Shown: positions 10,242-22,094, counted from the stretch's first letter. The stretch is 27,916 bases of DNA from Enoplolaimus lenunculus (GCA_030248215.1 JASANG010000440.1:496001-523916); one strand, 5' to 3'. The notes: generated by a model not told the origin, from the sequence alone. Program-made: numbers and translations.

Positions 10242-10637
10242 GGCCCAGGGCCGGATCGTTTTCCGGAGAGGCTAAGTTTAAACTGTAGACTAATTGTTTT
10301 GCTTAGGCTTAGGCTTAGGCTCAGGAATAGACTCATCCATAAGCTTAGGTTTAGGCTTAGGCTTAGGAATAGGCTCATCCATAGCTTAGGCTTAGGAATA
10401 GGCTCATCCATAGCTTAGGCTTAGGCTTAGGCTTAGGCTTAGGCTTAGGAATAGGCTCATCCATAAGCTTAGGCTTAGGCTTAGGAATAGGCTCATCCAT
10501 ACGCTTAGGCTTAGGCTTAGGCTTAAGCTTAGGCTTAGGAATAGGCTCATCCATACGCTTAGGCTTAGGCTTAGGGTTAGGCTTAGGCTTAAGAATTTGC
10601 TTATACTACTGTACCGGTCCTGTTCTATACAGGGGCC
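10242..10637 (+). mobile_element. Family A telomeric MITE with an expanded TTAGGC array
   Basis: GGCCC ... TGTTCTATACAGGGGCC ends; perfect 8-bp TSD TCATAGTT at 10234-10241 and 10638-10645. Confidence 0.92.
10300..10592 (+). repeat. Interstitial telomeric (TTAGGC)n array with six AATAGGCTCATCCAT-type variant blocks
   Basis: Read directly from the sequence; TTAGGC is the canonical nematode telomere repeat. Confidence 0.95.
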
Positions 10638-11424
10638 TCATAGTTGAACACTGATTGAAAACGTTTCCCGTTCAAATGTTGTCGCTTCGAATTGTGGGTT
10701 GAAATTTCAGATGTAACAGAAAAACTATTAACGTGGCAAAGGTTTAACTCGACTTTAGACTTAAAACATATTGACAGGTACCGGTGCAGCCTTGATTAGG
10801 GCACTGAAACCATAAAGGATGCCTGGGTGAAAATAGTTCCGGCGTTCTAAGGCAAAATTAAAATTTAAAACTCTCTGGGATCCCAAACTTATTTGACGAG
10901 TTTGATAGCAAGATCAACATCAGACTATACAGTTCAAAACAAATATATAGAAATATATTCTTTGAAAATATATATTTTACCGGAAATGAACTGTAAGGCG
11001 TTTCGGAAGTACATTTTAGTCACGAATATTCAAGTAAGAAAACTTGTTTTAGTATAAATTTAATTATTTATTCTACGTCTTAATAAAATATTGAAGTTAT
11101 TTCAGCGAAATTCTTTATATAAAATTAAGGTTGAAACATTCTTCGGTTCAAATTTTTACCAAAGTTTTTCGTTGAATTTGTTGAATTCATTTCGAAAAAG
11201 TGAAGTTGTGCGTCTGAAGTGTTTGCAGCTGCTAATTATAAGCTGAACTCAAATGATTTCGGTCAAATACAACCTTAATTCAGTATTAAATGATTTTGTA
11301 AAAACTCGCAGCAAAATTGTACAAATTTCAAAACATCAAAAAATAATCTCGGATCCGGTACGTCTTTAGATTCTTTGCTCTACATTAGCGCCCGCTACTG
11401 AGTTATAATTATCCGGTGATGCAT

Positions 11425-11632
11425 ATTTCCCCCATCGGAAATTTTTTATGTTAAAATGGTAAGGTCCCTACCTTACAATTTTTTCCCTACGAAAATTTTT
11501 TTCTAAAAAACACAATTTTTTCCGCAGAATTTTTTGTGACAAAATGGTAAGGTCCCCCTACCTTACAATTTTTGTGTTTTAGAACGTTTCCCAACCCGGC
11601 CTCCCAGTCAAATATTTTTGGATCCGCCTCTG
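11425..11632 (+). mobile_element. hAT-like MITE, family F (partial)
   Basis: Two AAAATGGTAAGGTCCC(C)TACCTTACAATTTTT units; ends GGATCCGCCTCTG. Confidence 0.75.
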
Positions 11633-12300
11633 TTAATGATCACATTTTGCTCATCACAGATTACACACACAGCCATGGTAACAATTCTATCCTTAAAACC
11701 TATTAACGTTTTACCACAGACAAAATACCTGAAAGATAAAAACTTCCACTCTTATACGACCATATTTCCAGAATTAATTTGCAAACCATGCCATAAATGA
11801 CTCTCGTTCAAATCGGAAGCCCCCCTGCATCAATAGACACACCTTCACCCCCAGCTCAAGATTTTAGCAAAAATAATCACAATGTAAAGGCTTTGTATTC
11901 ATATAACATATAGGACCCACAGCGAGATTGACTCATATGGACCTGTCTACCAAACCTAAAAACGCCTAAGTGTAAACCTAAACAGAAACGCAATCTTAAG
12001 CATAAGCACATACTTCAGCCAAAGCGTCTAACTCTCAAGTCCCTCAGTCCCTGTCTTCCAATAGCCAAGTCCGTATAATTAACATGAGCCCCTGCATCTA
12101 CACTGTACGCTCATTAGAAGCATCTATTATAAATACCAACTTAGCTAAACTGGCCCTGGTTAGCTTGATGTTTTAGGTTTCGCTTTAGAACAATTCTGGT
12201 TTGGTCTTTTGTCTGGTTTATAAATAAAATTATAAATGAGGGTTATTGTATTTGTTGGAGAGGTAATCAAACTAACATTTTGGTAACAATGATATTACAA

Positions 12301-12507
12301 CAATAGCGGATCCAGAGGGAGGGGGGGTCGGGCTGCGGGCGTGCGCCCCCACCGTCGCAAAGTTTTTTGTAATAAAATGTCAAGGTCCGTACCTTACAAT
12401 TTTTCTTGCTCAAAAAATTGGCATATATTTAATAACATACAGTAAAAATTGCGTTTGATAACTTTTGCCATCTCAACCCCAGTAAGGAATTTTCGGATTC
12501 GCCTCTG
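12301..12507 (+). mobile_element. hAT-like MITE, family F
   Basis: CAATAGCGGATCC ... GGATTCGCCTCTG ends; flanks TATTACAA / TATCACAA (7 of 8 match, probable TSD). Confidence 0.8.
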
Positions 12508-12754
12508 TATCACAATGTTGGCAAACGGATTGATGCGAGTCAAAGACAGCCCCAGCTTGTTGTAAAAAACGTTTGGCAACCGAGCCAACAAAAATTAGTG
12601 GCGGATTCCGTGATGGTCCCAGAAAATACGGCTGTTCAGGATTTATTCTGTATTATTGCAAGTGTTACTTTTAGGAACGTTAGCCTAAAACAGGTTTATA
12701 GCGAGCCTAATCCTCAGCATAAGGATATTCATTAAGTTGGCCTTTAGCGTAACA

Positions 12755-13169
12755 CTGTAGAGACACGAACAACACAGAAGGGACTGATATTTATTTCACG
12801 TCTCCAGAGGGTTTCCCCGTGTTATTCGGTTACGGGCTATTATTCAGTTTTAATTCATCTTCCACCGCCCGTTGTTTCTAATATACGTCCGGTATTGCAG
12901 CCATCTGTTGAATTAAAAGTTTATTTGTCTAATTTCAAAAACGTTAGCGATAATGCAAGGTTACTTAGGAATGTACTTTTAAAACTTAAGTATGCTTTAA
13001 AGTTTCGAATTCAACTTTATTTGATCTTGGAGTTTACAATTATGAATAATTGACATTTATCAACTCTAATTTGGTTTTAGAGACTCTATCCGCTTACGGA
13101 CTCTTGTATTGATTGAAACTCAAAATTGGGACCCCCTCTTATTATCCACTCATATTCGGGTAACTACAG
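12755..13169 (+). mobile_element. Non-autonomous TIR element, family C
   Basis: CTGTAGAGACACGAA ... TTCGGGTAACTACAG ends; colinear with 1540-1980; CA on both flanks. Confidence 0.8.
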
Positions 13170-13290
13170 CAACCAATCTAACGCCTGCGCCCATGTTGTT
13201 AAATGCATATGATCACCTATCACCAATTGGCGACATTAGGTTTTGCAGATCTCAAAATTGGCACAGATACGTTGTACAATTAACTTGCGT

Positions 13291-13410
13291 GGTTTAGGGA
13301 CTCTATCCGCTACGGACTGTTATTACGGATACGGACGGATTCCTATTGACTGGGACTCAAAATGGGAGCCCCCTCTTATTACCCCACACTCTTTTATTCG
13401 GGTCACTACA
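13291..13410 (+). mobile_element. Family C right-end fragment
   Basis: GGTTTAGGGACTCTATCCGC ... TTATTCGGGTCACTACAG|TA. Confidence 0.8.
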
Positions 13411-13771
13411 GTATTCCATAATACAAATTATGCACTATTTTTGCCGTTCGTTTGAAACCAAATTGAACCGAAATGAAATTTTATTAATTTTGAATCGAAA
13501 CTGCAATACGAATAGATAAATGTTCATTTTGAACACATGCGCACCAATAATACAAATCGTCAAATACACCAGATGAAGCCTGCGTAAATTAACTTAAAAC
13601 TTATTACATTGAAAATCGCTGCCCAATCAACTATTTCATTTTGGCAGGAGATAATTTTATGTAATTTTCTGGGGATAGCTTGGTCAGCCTATTCAAAATT
13701 TCTTGACTAGAAACAATTTCATTCACTGACCAATCAAAATGCAGATGCAAGAAATTCTAGCGACATGCAAC

Positions 13772-13925
13772 TGTGTTCACACTAGCAAATTACAGTTAAT
13801 ATCATAAATTCTAGCAAACAATTTGAAGCTGCAAGAACTTAAAAGCTATTCTGTGACCAAACTTACACATGCAAATTGCCTGTGCAAGTTTTTGCTGCAA
13901 AAACGTGCACGTGTGAATAGCGCTT
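13772..13925. mobile_element. Family E MITE
   Basis: GTGTTCACACTAGCAA ... TGCACGTGTGAATAGCGCTT inverted ends. Confidence 0.55.
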
Positions 13926-16483
13926 TGTACTGCTGAAATGTATACATCTATAGCTCTGAAGTCATGAATTCTTACACAGGGAGAGAGATGACAAGAGGAT
14001 TTCAAAAAATGAACAATGAAAACAACGTTGAACTTTAGTTCAGTTGAAAAAAATTGTTGGCCGGCAGACGAATCTGTTCCTTGGACGGTTAAAATTGAAT
14101 TAGAACCCGCAGGAATCAAAATTAAAAACAGATGTTAATAATTTGATTGAACTTTTTCTCAGAAAAAATCCGTTGAAACTTTTAACTGGGATTGAAATTT
14201 GCTCAACTGATTTTTGTCAATCAAGCAGTCGCTTCCGGTTGAAAAATAATGGCTGAATGAGCATAAAAATAACATTTTCCCGTTCGGACGCGTAAACGAA
14301 CCGGAATCGGACGCGGATATCCAGTTATCCTTTTTGCGGCGTGGTATTTTAAAATTGACCGGATAGTCTATTCGTTCTCGGGTTTAACTGTTCTGAACGT
14401 CGCAAATTTTTAGGAAAGGTGTATTGTTATGTGATACCTGAGATATCAATAGCTCTAGAACATCAAACGACGTATACTTTGGCATACATACGACAAAGAC
14501 CATAAACTTTTGACGTATTAATGTTTCTTTTTTGCTTGTTTTTAACCAACCCCCCAAGGCTTTTACGAATGACAACAGCCTATAATTAAAACTCTAAAAT
14601 GACAAAGCAACAAAAACTACTGAAGAGTCTTTACCGGTGGTGTAAACCAAAAAATGGATGGGCAAAACCTGTTCATTCTGGTATTATTTTAAACAAGCAG
14701 CCGCTGAAAGCGGCAATGAAGACGGGGTAAAAATAAACATACAAGCGATATTTTAAAATATTCATTCTTTTTACTTGAAATATAGATAATTTTTAAACAG
14801 AAATGAAACAATTATTAAGTTGCCGTTGCGTTGTTTGCAACAACTTTTAATCAATTCATTCTTAATGTTTTTTTTTACCTCGACTATAAATCTGAATGTT
14901 CCCGTCAGTGGCCAATTTGTTTTATTGCACACCTGCAGAGAATAAGCGAACAAATGTAAACAATAAAATTAAACCTTTAATTTTTATACAACATATGTCA
15001 ATCAGAATAATTAATACTGCGAAATTTAATCTTTGATATCAACGACCCTTTCTGGTCTCCCCCGCCTCATAAAACAGTGTCGTTTAGCGACAGAAGCACG
15101 AAATATAAACCCTCCTGAAAATTGATTAAAAGTTGTAAATAATAAACCCCCGTTAAATTGTGACGTATTATATATACAAAACACTTGGCGTGGTGTGTAT
15201 ATGTCAGACGTATTAAGGCCTACAGGCAAGCCAGTATGTTTCGATGAATTTAATTTAAAAATTAATAAATATGGATTTGTAAGAAATTAATTGATTTTAC
15301 GAACAAACTGTAAAACCTACACTTGATGTCGCCGTATGAGGCCAAAATCCTGACTTCACTTTACTCATACCTGTAGAGCACTCAAATTAACACAGAAAAA
15401 CAAACCTGGTGTGGCTTATAGTTCGCAAATATGTAAGATGACTTTCGAACCGTTGATCGTACAGAAGGGGTACCATTGAATTACGCTCCTCGAGATCCAT
15501 AGGATATATAGGCTGATGTTCATTTGATTCTTCGATGATCCAGATTCCGTACGTTCGCCGTGGCTGGCGTTTAAGCAGTTTTTATAGCGTTTACTGTGTC
15601 AGACCAAACGGATATTTTCAAACAAAACGTAAACGAGTGTAAAACCTATATTCCAATCACAAACAGTATGCATATGTGGTCCAACGAGTTTTTCTAACAC
15701 CGTAAAAAAATTTTGCCGAAGCATATTGCACTACCGTGAGGCCCGTAGCCATCTCACCTTGCTAGGGGAAGGGCTAAAATATTTTCAAGAGGGGCATTCA
15801 AGGGTTTCTAATGACTTACAAACAAAATTGAAAATTTTCTAACGGGGCCAAAATTTTCCAAGGGGGCTGTGCCCCTTGGCTACCACCCCACGCACCATTA
15901 CGCTTAAGAAAACTAAAGTGCAATTACATTAGCTCAAATCAGGTAAATAAAGTCAAAACTGAAAACGCTAAATAGAATAGTCTTGATAGAGATCAAGCTA
16001 ATAACTCAGATATAAAGTTATTACGAGCAAATAAGATCAACGTACTCATATTCACACAAATTCGAAAATAAATTGCCAACTGCTGATAGGTGCTATTGTA
16101 CTCCGTTAGGTTTACTGACTTACAAATAAAACCAATTGAAGTATTCAGTAAACAGACCGTCAGGCTTAGGCTTAGGCTTAGGATTAAAATTAGTGAAAAT
16201 ATGCCAAACTGGTATTGAAAATTTTTCGATGAGATATCCACCAAGGGATGTCAATTTTACTCGAATACGTTGATACTTCTAAACTGTAACCTGGATATAT
16301 CCACAAGTCTAAAGCCAACCTAGGCATACAGCCAAAGTACGTAATGCAAAGTCTACTGAAGTTCAAGCTTAAACCTAACCAATACAAAGCTAACCAGACG
16401 GAACCGCACGCATTTTAACCCAACATTGCCTCAAAATCAGAGTCTAGCAATTATTTATTGAGTCACTATGTAAACGTTTTCAA

Positions 16484-16692
16484 CATTGCAAAAAATGATG
16501 AGTCTAATTGATTCTCTCCGAAATAGGCTTTTCCGGACTGCACAAACTGAGTCAAATCCGACGCCACCAGATTCAAACGTGCGACTTAACGAATCGAATT
16601 TGACTCTGGCGGAGTCGAATTTTGACTTAATTTGTGCAGTCCCGAAAAGCCTATTTCGGAGAGAGTCAATTTGATTTACCATTTTTTCAGTG
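16484..16692. mobile_element. Palindromic MITE, family D
   Basis: CATTGCAAAAAATG ... CATTTTTTCAGTG ends; colinear with 2688-2895; AA on both flanks. Confidence 0.9.
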
Positions 16693-16900
16693 AAGGTAAT
16701 CACATGAAGAGATTCGAGGTTCAAGTCCCGGCGTGGTATTAAATTTCTGGCAAACCTTCTAAAACGAGATGTGGCCATGTTCCTACAAATTTAACACGGG
16801 TAATCTTGAAGGTGGTAATATCCAATATGTTGTTTATTCAGAAATTTTGGTATGGGATTGCAACGTGTTTTGCTATAACATCAAGTGATAAAATTCTTTC

Positions 16901-17057
16901 GGTCCAAAAGATCAGGCGCGCACGTTTTTCTGTGGGGCTGCAATAGAGAAAGCTTCAGCTTTAGACTAATCTTTTTTGCTTGGCTTAGGCTTAGGCTTAG
17001 GTCTTGGTTAAGGAAAATGCTTATAACACTGCTCCGCCCCTGTTCTTTGCATTGGCC
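16901..17057 (+). mobile_element. Family A telomeric MITE with a short array
   Basis: GGTCC ... CATTGGCC ends; flanks ATTCTTTC / ATACTTTC (7 of 8 match); family A cassette and a few TTAGGC units. Confidence 0.85.
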
Positions 17058-17186
17058 ATACTTTCAAACGTTTACCCTTTTAAGTGCAAAAAATTGGCAG
17101 ATAAAAATTTGTCTTGGTCCTGAAAATTTTAACTCAAAAGTAAAAGCTAAAAATTGTTTAGGCAGACTGTAAATATTTGGCCTTCT

Positions 17187-17327
17187 GGCCAAAGGGACGT
17201 AACAGCAGATTCAGCGTATTCCTAAGCCTAAGCCTAAGCCTAACCAAAAAAAACGTAATCTAGAATCTAAACCAACTCTTTTATGGACCCGTCAGAAACC
17301 TGGACGCCCCTTAAAGTAACATGGGCC
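17187..17327 (-). mobile_element. Family B telomeric MITE
   Basis: GGCC ... CCCCTTAAAGTAACATGGGCC ends; perfect 8-bp TSD GGCCTTCT at 17179-17186 and 17328-17335. Confidence 0.92.
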
Positions 17328-17648
17328 GGCCTTCTTGTGGTTTATAGATGGAAATTAGGGAACATGGCTTTTGCAACAATTTTAATACATTCGTGCTTAA
17401 CTCAACCTTGGGATTAAGACAAGCAAAATTTTCAACTTTTGTACCCAAAGGTGTCTTTTTATAAAATAAAGTTCAAGCAAAGTATAACAAGCTTAGTATC
17501 AAAAGTGTTTAATGTCTGTTAGCGTGGTAAAGAAACCAGAATACAGTCAAATTATATATTTTTATAATTTCAAAATGAAGCTGATTATGAATAAATAGAG
17601 AAATTTTTTGCAAAAATCCTGTTCTCTGATATTTCCTCCTAAACCGTA

Positions 17649-17755
17649 CACCGCAAAAAATGGCGAGTCAAATTGACTCTATACGAAATAGACTTTCCCG
17701 GACTACACAAACTGAGTATAAAAATTCGGCTTCGTCTGAGTCAAATTCGACTCAA
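17649..17755 (+). mobile_element. Family D MITE, left half only
   Basis: TA|CACCGCAAAAAATGGCGAGTCAAATTGACTCT...GGACTACACAAACTGAGT. Confidence 0.8.
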
Positions 17756-19255
17756 TGAGTTGCTCAAGAGCAGTGATTTGTAAGCGAACTAAACTTCTTA
17801 ATCCGACAATTCCACCTGTAACGTTGAACAAACAACAATTTAACACGCAACCTATTTGCCAAACACCCACAAGCAATCGCCAATTGAAGACTGATGGCTA
17901 TTTTAAACCACTCAAGCATCCTACATACACAGACAATCAAAGGCGTAACCGTAATTTCATTTCGGCTGGGTATAACTTCAAACAAGGATTTTACCGGCAA
18001 GCGAAACGAGCGAGAAATATATTTTGACCCATAAACCTGATCTCCGGTTTGATTCCAATTCGAAAAAAATGAAATACATTTTCTTTTTTACAAATTTAAA
18101 CGGGGTCGAATATGTACAGCACCACTTTAAGCGTTACGTATACACAGTCCATCAATGCGAACTATTGTGTGACACATGTATGCGGAAAAAACCCCCTGTG
18201 TACATCGCGGTGTCTCGAATGGCTCAGGCCTACAGAAAACAAACAGATTTCGGTTGTTTTTGTTGACAAAACGTGATTCGATCGAGAAAACTACGACGAC
18301 AACATGGTTTGGGTTTGCCTGCAGACCGAAAAAAATACCCATAAAAACATCAGGCAAATTAAAGAATAAACGTATTTTGGGCAAATTTTCACATGGATTT
18401 AATTTCGTCAATTCTAAAGCAAACATCAATTTCACAAGAGACCGTAGAACCACGCGTATTATAGCCTGGCTCGGCTTGCTAAGGGTACGCTGAAAACTTT
18501 TCAAGAGGGGCACACAAGCGTTTCAGATCGCTCACAAGCATCGTTGAAATTTTTCTATAGGGGGTTAAACTTTGAAGGGGCGTGAGCATCTTCTGGCCAA
18601 GAGAAATTTTTTACAATATTTCTAAGAACAGTAAAAAGTGTGAGTATTTTGAATTCGTTTACCAGTTTCAGGGAGTATGAACCCCTGTATACTCCATCTT
18701 ACAGGCATTAAAACGTTCCATACGACACGTTTCCGAACCATCGCGTCACCGAATTCAATTGGGCAGAGAGTCCGGAATTGAGAAAACTGCTGAAAATAGT
18801 GATCCATGAGAAGAGGTTACACAACGGTCCAATCAGGCCATTTCTTTAACTGTCGCCAATAAATTCCGACTGAACACGGCTTTGGAACCAAAAGCCTCCC
18901 TTTCGATGGTTCGTCGTTGATTTGAGCCACGCCAGATTTTCAGAAGAAACGAATAAACATGGTAAAAAATGTAACCAATTTAAAAGTCAAATTTGAACAG
19001 CTGAAGTAAGTTTAAATCAGTTGTGGCGTTCCAATACTTCACTTGAGGTGGTTAACTTCGTCTAAACTACTTTCGAATATATTGTGGTTGACCTGAATTA
19101 GATGGAAGCTAATTTTTATTTGCCTCTCCATAGGGTCTCCTTCGATTATGGATTGATATATGAACCAAGCCCCGTGTATACTTGGACTCCCATCCTTTCG
19201 CGTACGCCGTTCACTAAGCACGATACTTAATAGGTATATATGCTGTTGTACACTT

Positions 19256-19365
19256 CGATCCATGTAAAGATCACTGACGAACTGTTTTTTGCGGGACTGC
19301 AATAGAGTAAGCTTAAACTTTAGACTAATTTTTTGGTTACGCTTTAAAGGTTTATCGTTACGCTT
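19256..19365 (+). mobile_element. Family A telomeric MITE fragment
   Basis: CCATGTAAAGATCA...GGGACTGCAATAGAGTAAGCTTAAACTTTAGACTAATTTTTTG cassette. Confidence 0.7.
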
Positions 19366-19713
19366 GGTCTGCACATTGGTTTATACACGTTTATGAATAT
19401 AGGTTATATGTACTTTGATTAATCAAATACGGTACTGAACTTTATTTGGTCCAAACCATTTGCGTACACTAAATAAATAATTAACATTTGCTAATTCTAA
19501 TTACGATTTTCCATATATCCTCAAACTAGCAATATAAATTCCTATTGATTGAGACTCAAAATAGAAACCTCTGCTACTGCCATCCGACTCTTCATTCGGA
19601 ACCTTACAGGAGTTACATTTGAAACAAATTTTTGCTGAAAACCGTCAATTTATCGTGGAACAATGACCCACACTGCAACTTTCAAATGCATAAAACCACA
19701 AGAAACATCACTA

Positions 19714-19960
19714 CACTCAAAATAATATTTCTGATATTTAAGAAAAAATTTCTTACATTTGAGAAATATGATTTGCAAGGTGCACTTGAATAAAATTTCT
19801 GTTATAACAGAAATATTTTCAAAAAACGTTTTGAAATAAAGTCTGACAATAAACGTTTTCCAGTTATTGATAGAAAAATTGTCTTAAATATCAGCAAAAC
19901 TTTTCAGATTTGCCACAGAAAACACTTTTATGAATAAATTCAGAAATACTTTTTTGTGTG
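19714..19960. mobile_element. CAC-ended AT-rich MITE
   Basis: CACTCAAAATAATATTTCTGA / TCAGAAATACTTTTTTGTGTG imperfect TIRs with TA on both flanks. Confidence 0.7.
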
Positions 19961-20227
19961 TAAATTAGGGCCATCCAAAGAGCCGATCCCGAACAAACAC
20001 AAGACACGCAAATGGCTCGTTTGCTCCGTAATGCCAGGAAACAATTATCGAAAGCTATCACAACAATTATACCCTAAGGCGCAGTTACCGTATACCTACA
20101 AGAGTGAATTCTATGTATAAAACGAAAAGTTTTTTTGATTCCAAGGTCTATTTGAGTATTGTTATGCGGTATATTGTATGAATAATTTATTAAGACGTGG
20201 CTCGGAACGTATTGCCGCGTGTGCTGA

Positions 20228-20407
20228 TACTGGCGAATCCAAGGGTGTCACCCGGATCTACCCTCCCAACAGGACTAGAAAGTAAAGTTCCATGTTAAAA
20301 TTTCGTATTAAAAATTGCACTTAGGCTTTTTGCTCGTTTTGGTCGCTAGTTTTTAGCCGTTTTGTATACTTCACGACTCCCGTCAGAAATTTTTGGATCC
20401 GCATCTT
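20228..20407 (+). mobile_element. hAT-like MITE related to family F
   Basis: TGGCGAATCCAAGGG ... CCCGTCAGAAATTTTTGGATCCGCATCT ends. Confidence 0.55.
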
Positions 20408-21246
20408 CGTTTGTAAGATTTTTTTAAGATATGTCAAAGTTATCGGTTCAAGCTTGTAGCCAGCCCAATAACATTATAAGGATGACTGAAAATATTTTGA
20501 ACGGGGAAAGTGGGTATTCTGAATATTGTAATGGCGAAGCTAAAAGTCTAAAATGAAGCCAAGGTTTATAGATACACAATGTCCTGAACTGTTCTGTGTG
20601 GAGGCGATCCCACCACCCACCGACTAAAGGGACCGGCCTAAAAACGGCCTGCGCTGAAGAACAAAATACATTTTTTAAACTACACAGGATATAAGAACTT
20701 GAGTTGAATACAAAACATGCCGCTGCCATTTTAGCCGTTTCGCTCGCAAATTGCATCAATATATATTGCTAAAGATATCAGGAACGGATCGTTTCTCTAC
20801 GGATCAGCGGGACTGCAATAGAGTAAACTTAAGCTTTTTACTAATTTTTTGATTAGGGTAAACTTGCCTAATATGGACACTTTTGACATTGTTATATTTA
20901 AAACACGTAACTCAACTTTTAGTGTATGGACACAAAATCACCTTTATATGAACATAGGTTGGATATATGGACACTAGCTAATTATAGCTCACTTTTACTG
21001 AAATCGGATGAAATTTATTTTCAAATATCCAAATTATACAACTAGCTATATGAGACAAAAGCACCAATCAATACTATGATGACAGTATAGTGTAATTTTT
21101 ACAAAATTTAGGACAAAATAATTTATTATGTGATTTTTCCAGCAATTATTAAAATTTGTTCACTTCTGCTTAATGCTGCAACTGAATTGACAAAATTTTT
21201 ATTTAAAACTACCTAATTCACTGCACAATATACCAAGACTACTGCT

Positions 21247-22094
21247 TCAAACATTAGATTTTAGTTGACACATAATATTTGGTATACAAGCTTTACAGAA
21301 AAAAACACCTCTGGTAGGCAAACCACAGGTCTCATGAACGCATTTATTGCACTCCATGCACCAAACCCAGTCCGTTGCACATGTTTCTTTATAGTAATCC
21401 CCATTGCAAATCACGCACAAAAAAGATTTTTTCCCTTTTGATCGCTTCGCAATACATTTGCGCTGATTAGGCATACTATTGTTGGCACTGTTAGCTTTAT
21501 CTGGGCTATTGGAGTTTATATGAGCTTTAACCGGCTTCATTTTTGCCAAAACTTTCGCCGCTGTGTCAGCATTAGCGTTCAATGGCGGAAGCAAAGAGTC
21601 AAATCGAACACGTTCCGGCATAGCTAAAGATAATGTTGTGTTTAGTTCTGGTGATATAGTTCCAGAACTACTTTTATCCAAACCGCAACACTCGCTAACA
21701 CTAGAACAATGAGTTTGTTCCGGTGAAACCTGTTGTTCTGAAGCAGTATACGTTTCATCGTGTGAAGTTGCATTTCCAAATACTTCGTCAGTGCTATCTT
21801 CTAAAGCTGCCGCAACTGCAGTTTGAACCGAATGTAAGGGACTGCTATTCACTTGGTCAACGTTGAATACGACATGACTAGGTTCCTCTTGCAATATGTC
21901 ACGACCGTCGGCGTGAGTTATGTGACTTTGAACGGATGCTTCTTCCTGTTGCATATTTTCAAAGCTACCCTGACTTCTACCAAACATACCCGCAAGCGAT
22001 TTCGTGGTTTCGATACACTGGACCCATCGTCGACGCAGTGTACTACGTGGAACATTAAATTCTTTTGCAATAGTTTGCAATCCACTAAAAGATC
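21247..22094 (-). CDS. Exon 2 of the transposon-encoded Psq-HTH + PHD finger protein (316 aa total)
   Basis: TTTCAG acceptor ends at 22095. GLQTIAKEFNVPRSTLRRRW is the Psq/pogo N-terminal HTH motif. C-terminal C4HC3 finger CVIC-CMEC-HETC-CKAC is preceded by a basic stretch (KRSKGKK). Confidence 0.85.

Noticed and set aside
10300..10592. True chromosome end or CRISPR-like array
   Set aside because: The array is internal and bounded by TIRs and an 8-bp TSD; the interspersed blocks are near-identical rather than unique spacers, and there are no cas genes.
15405..15645. Minus-strand exon-like segment (...YPMDLEERNSMVPLLYDQRF...)
   Set aside because: All three frames from the candidate acceptor hit stops and no partner exons were found.
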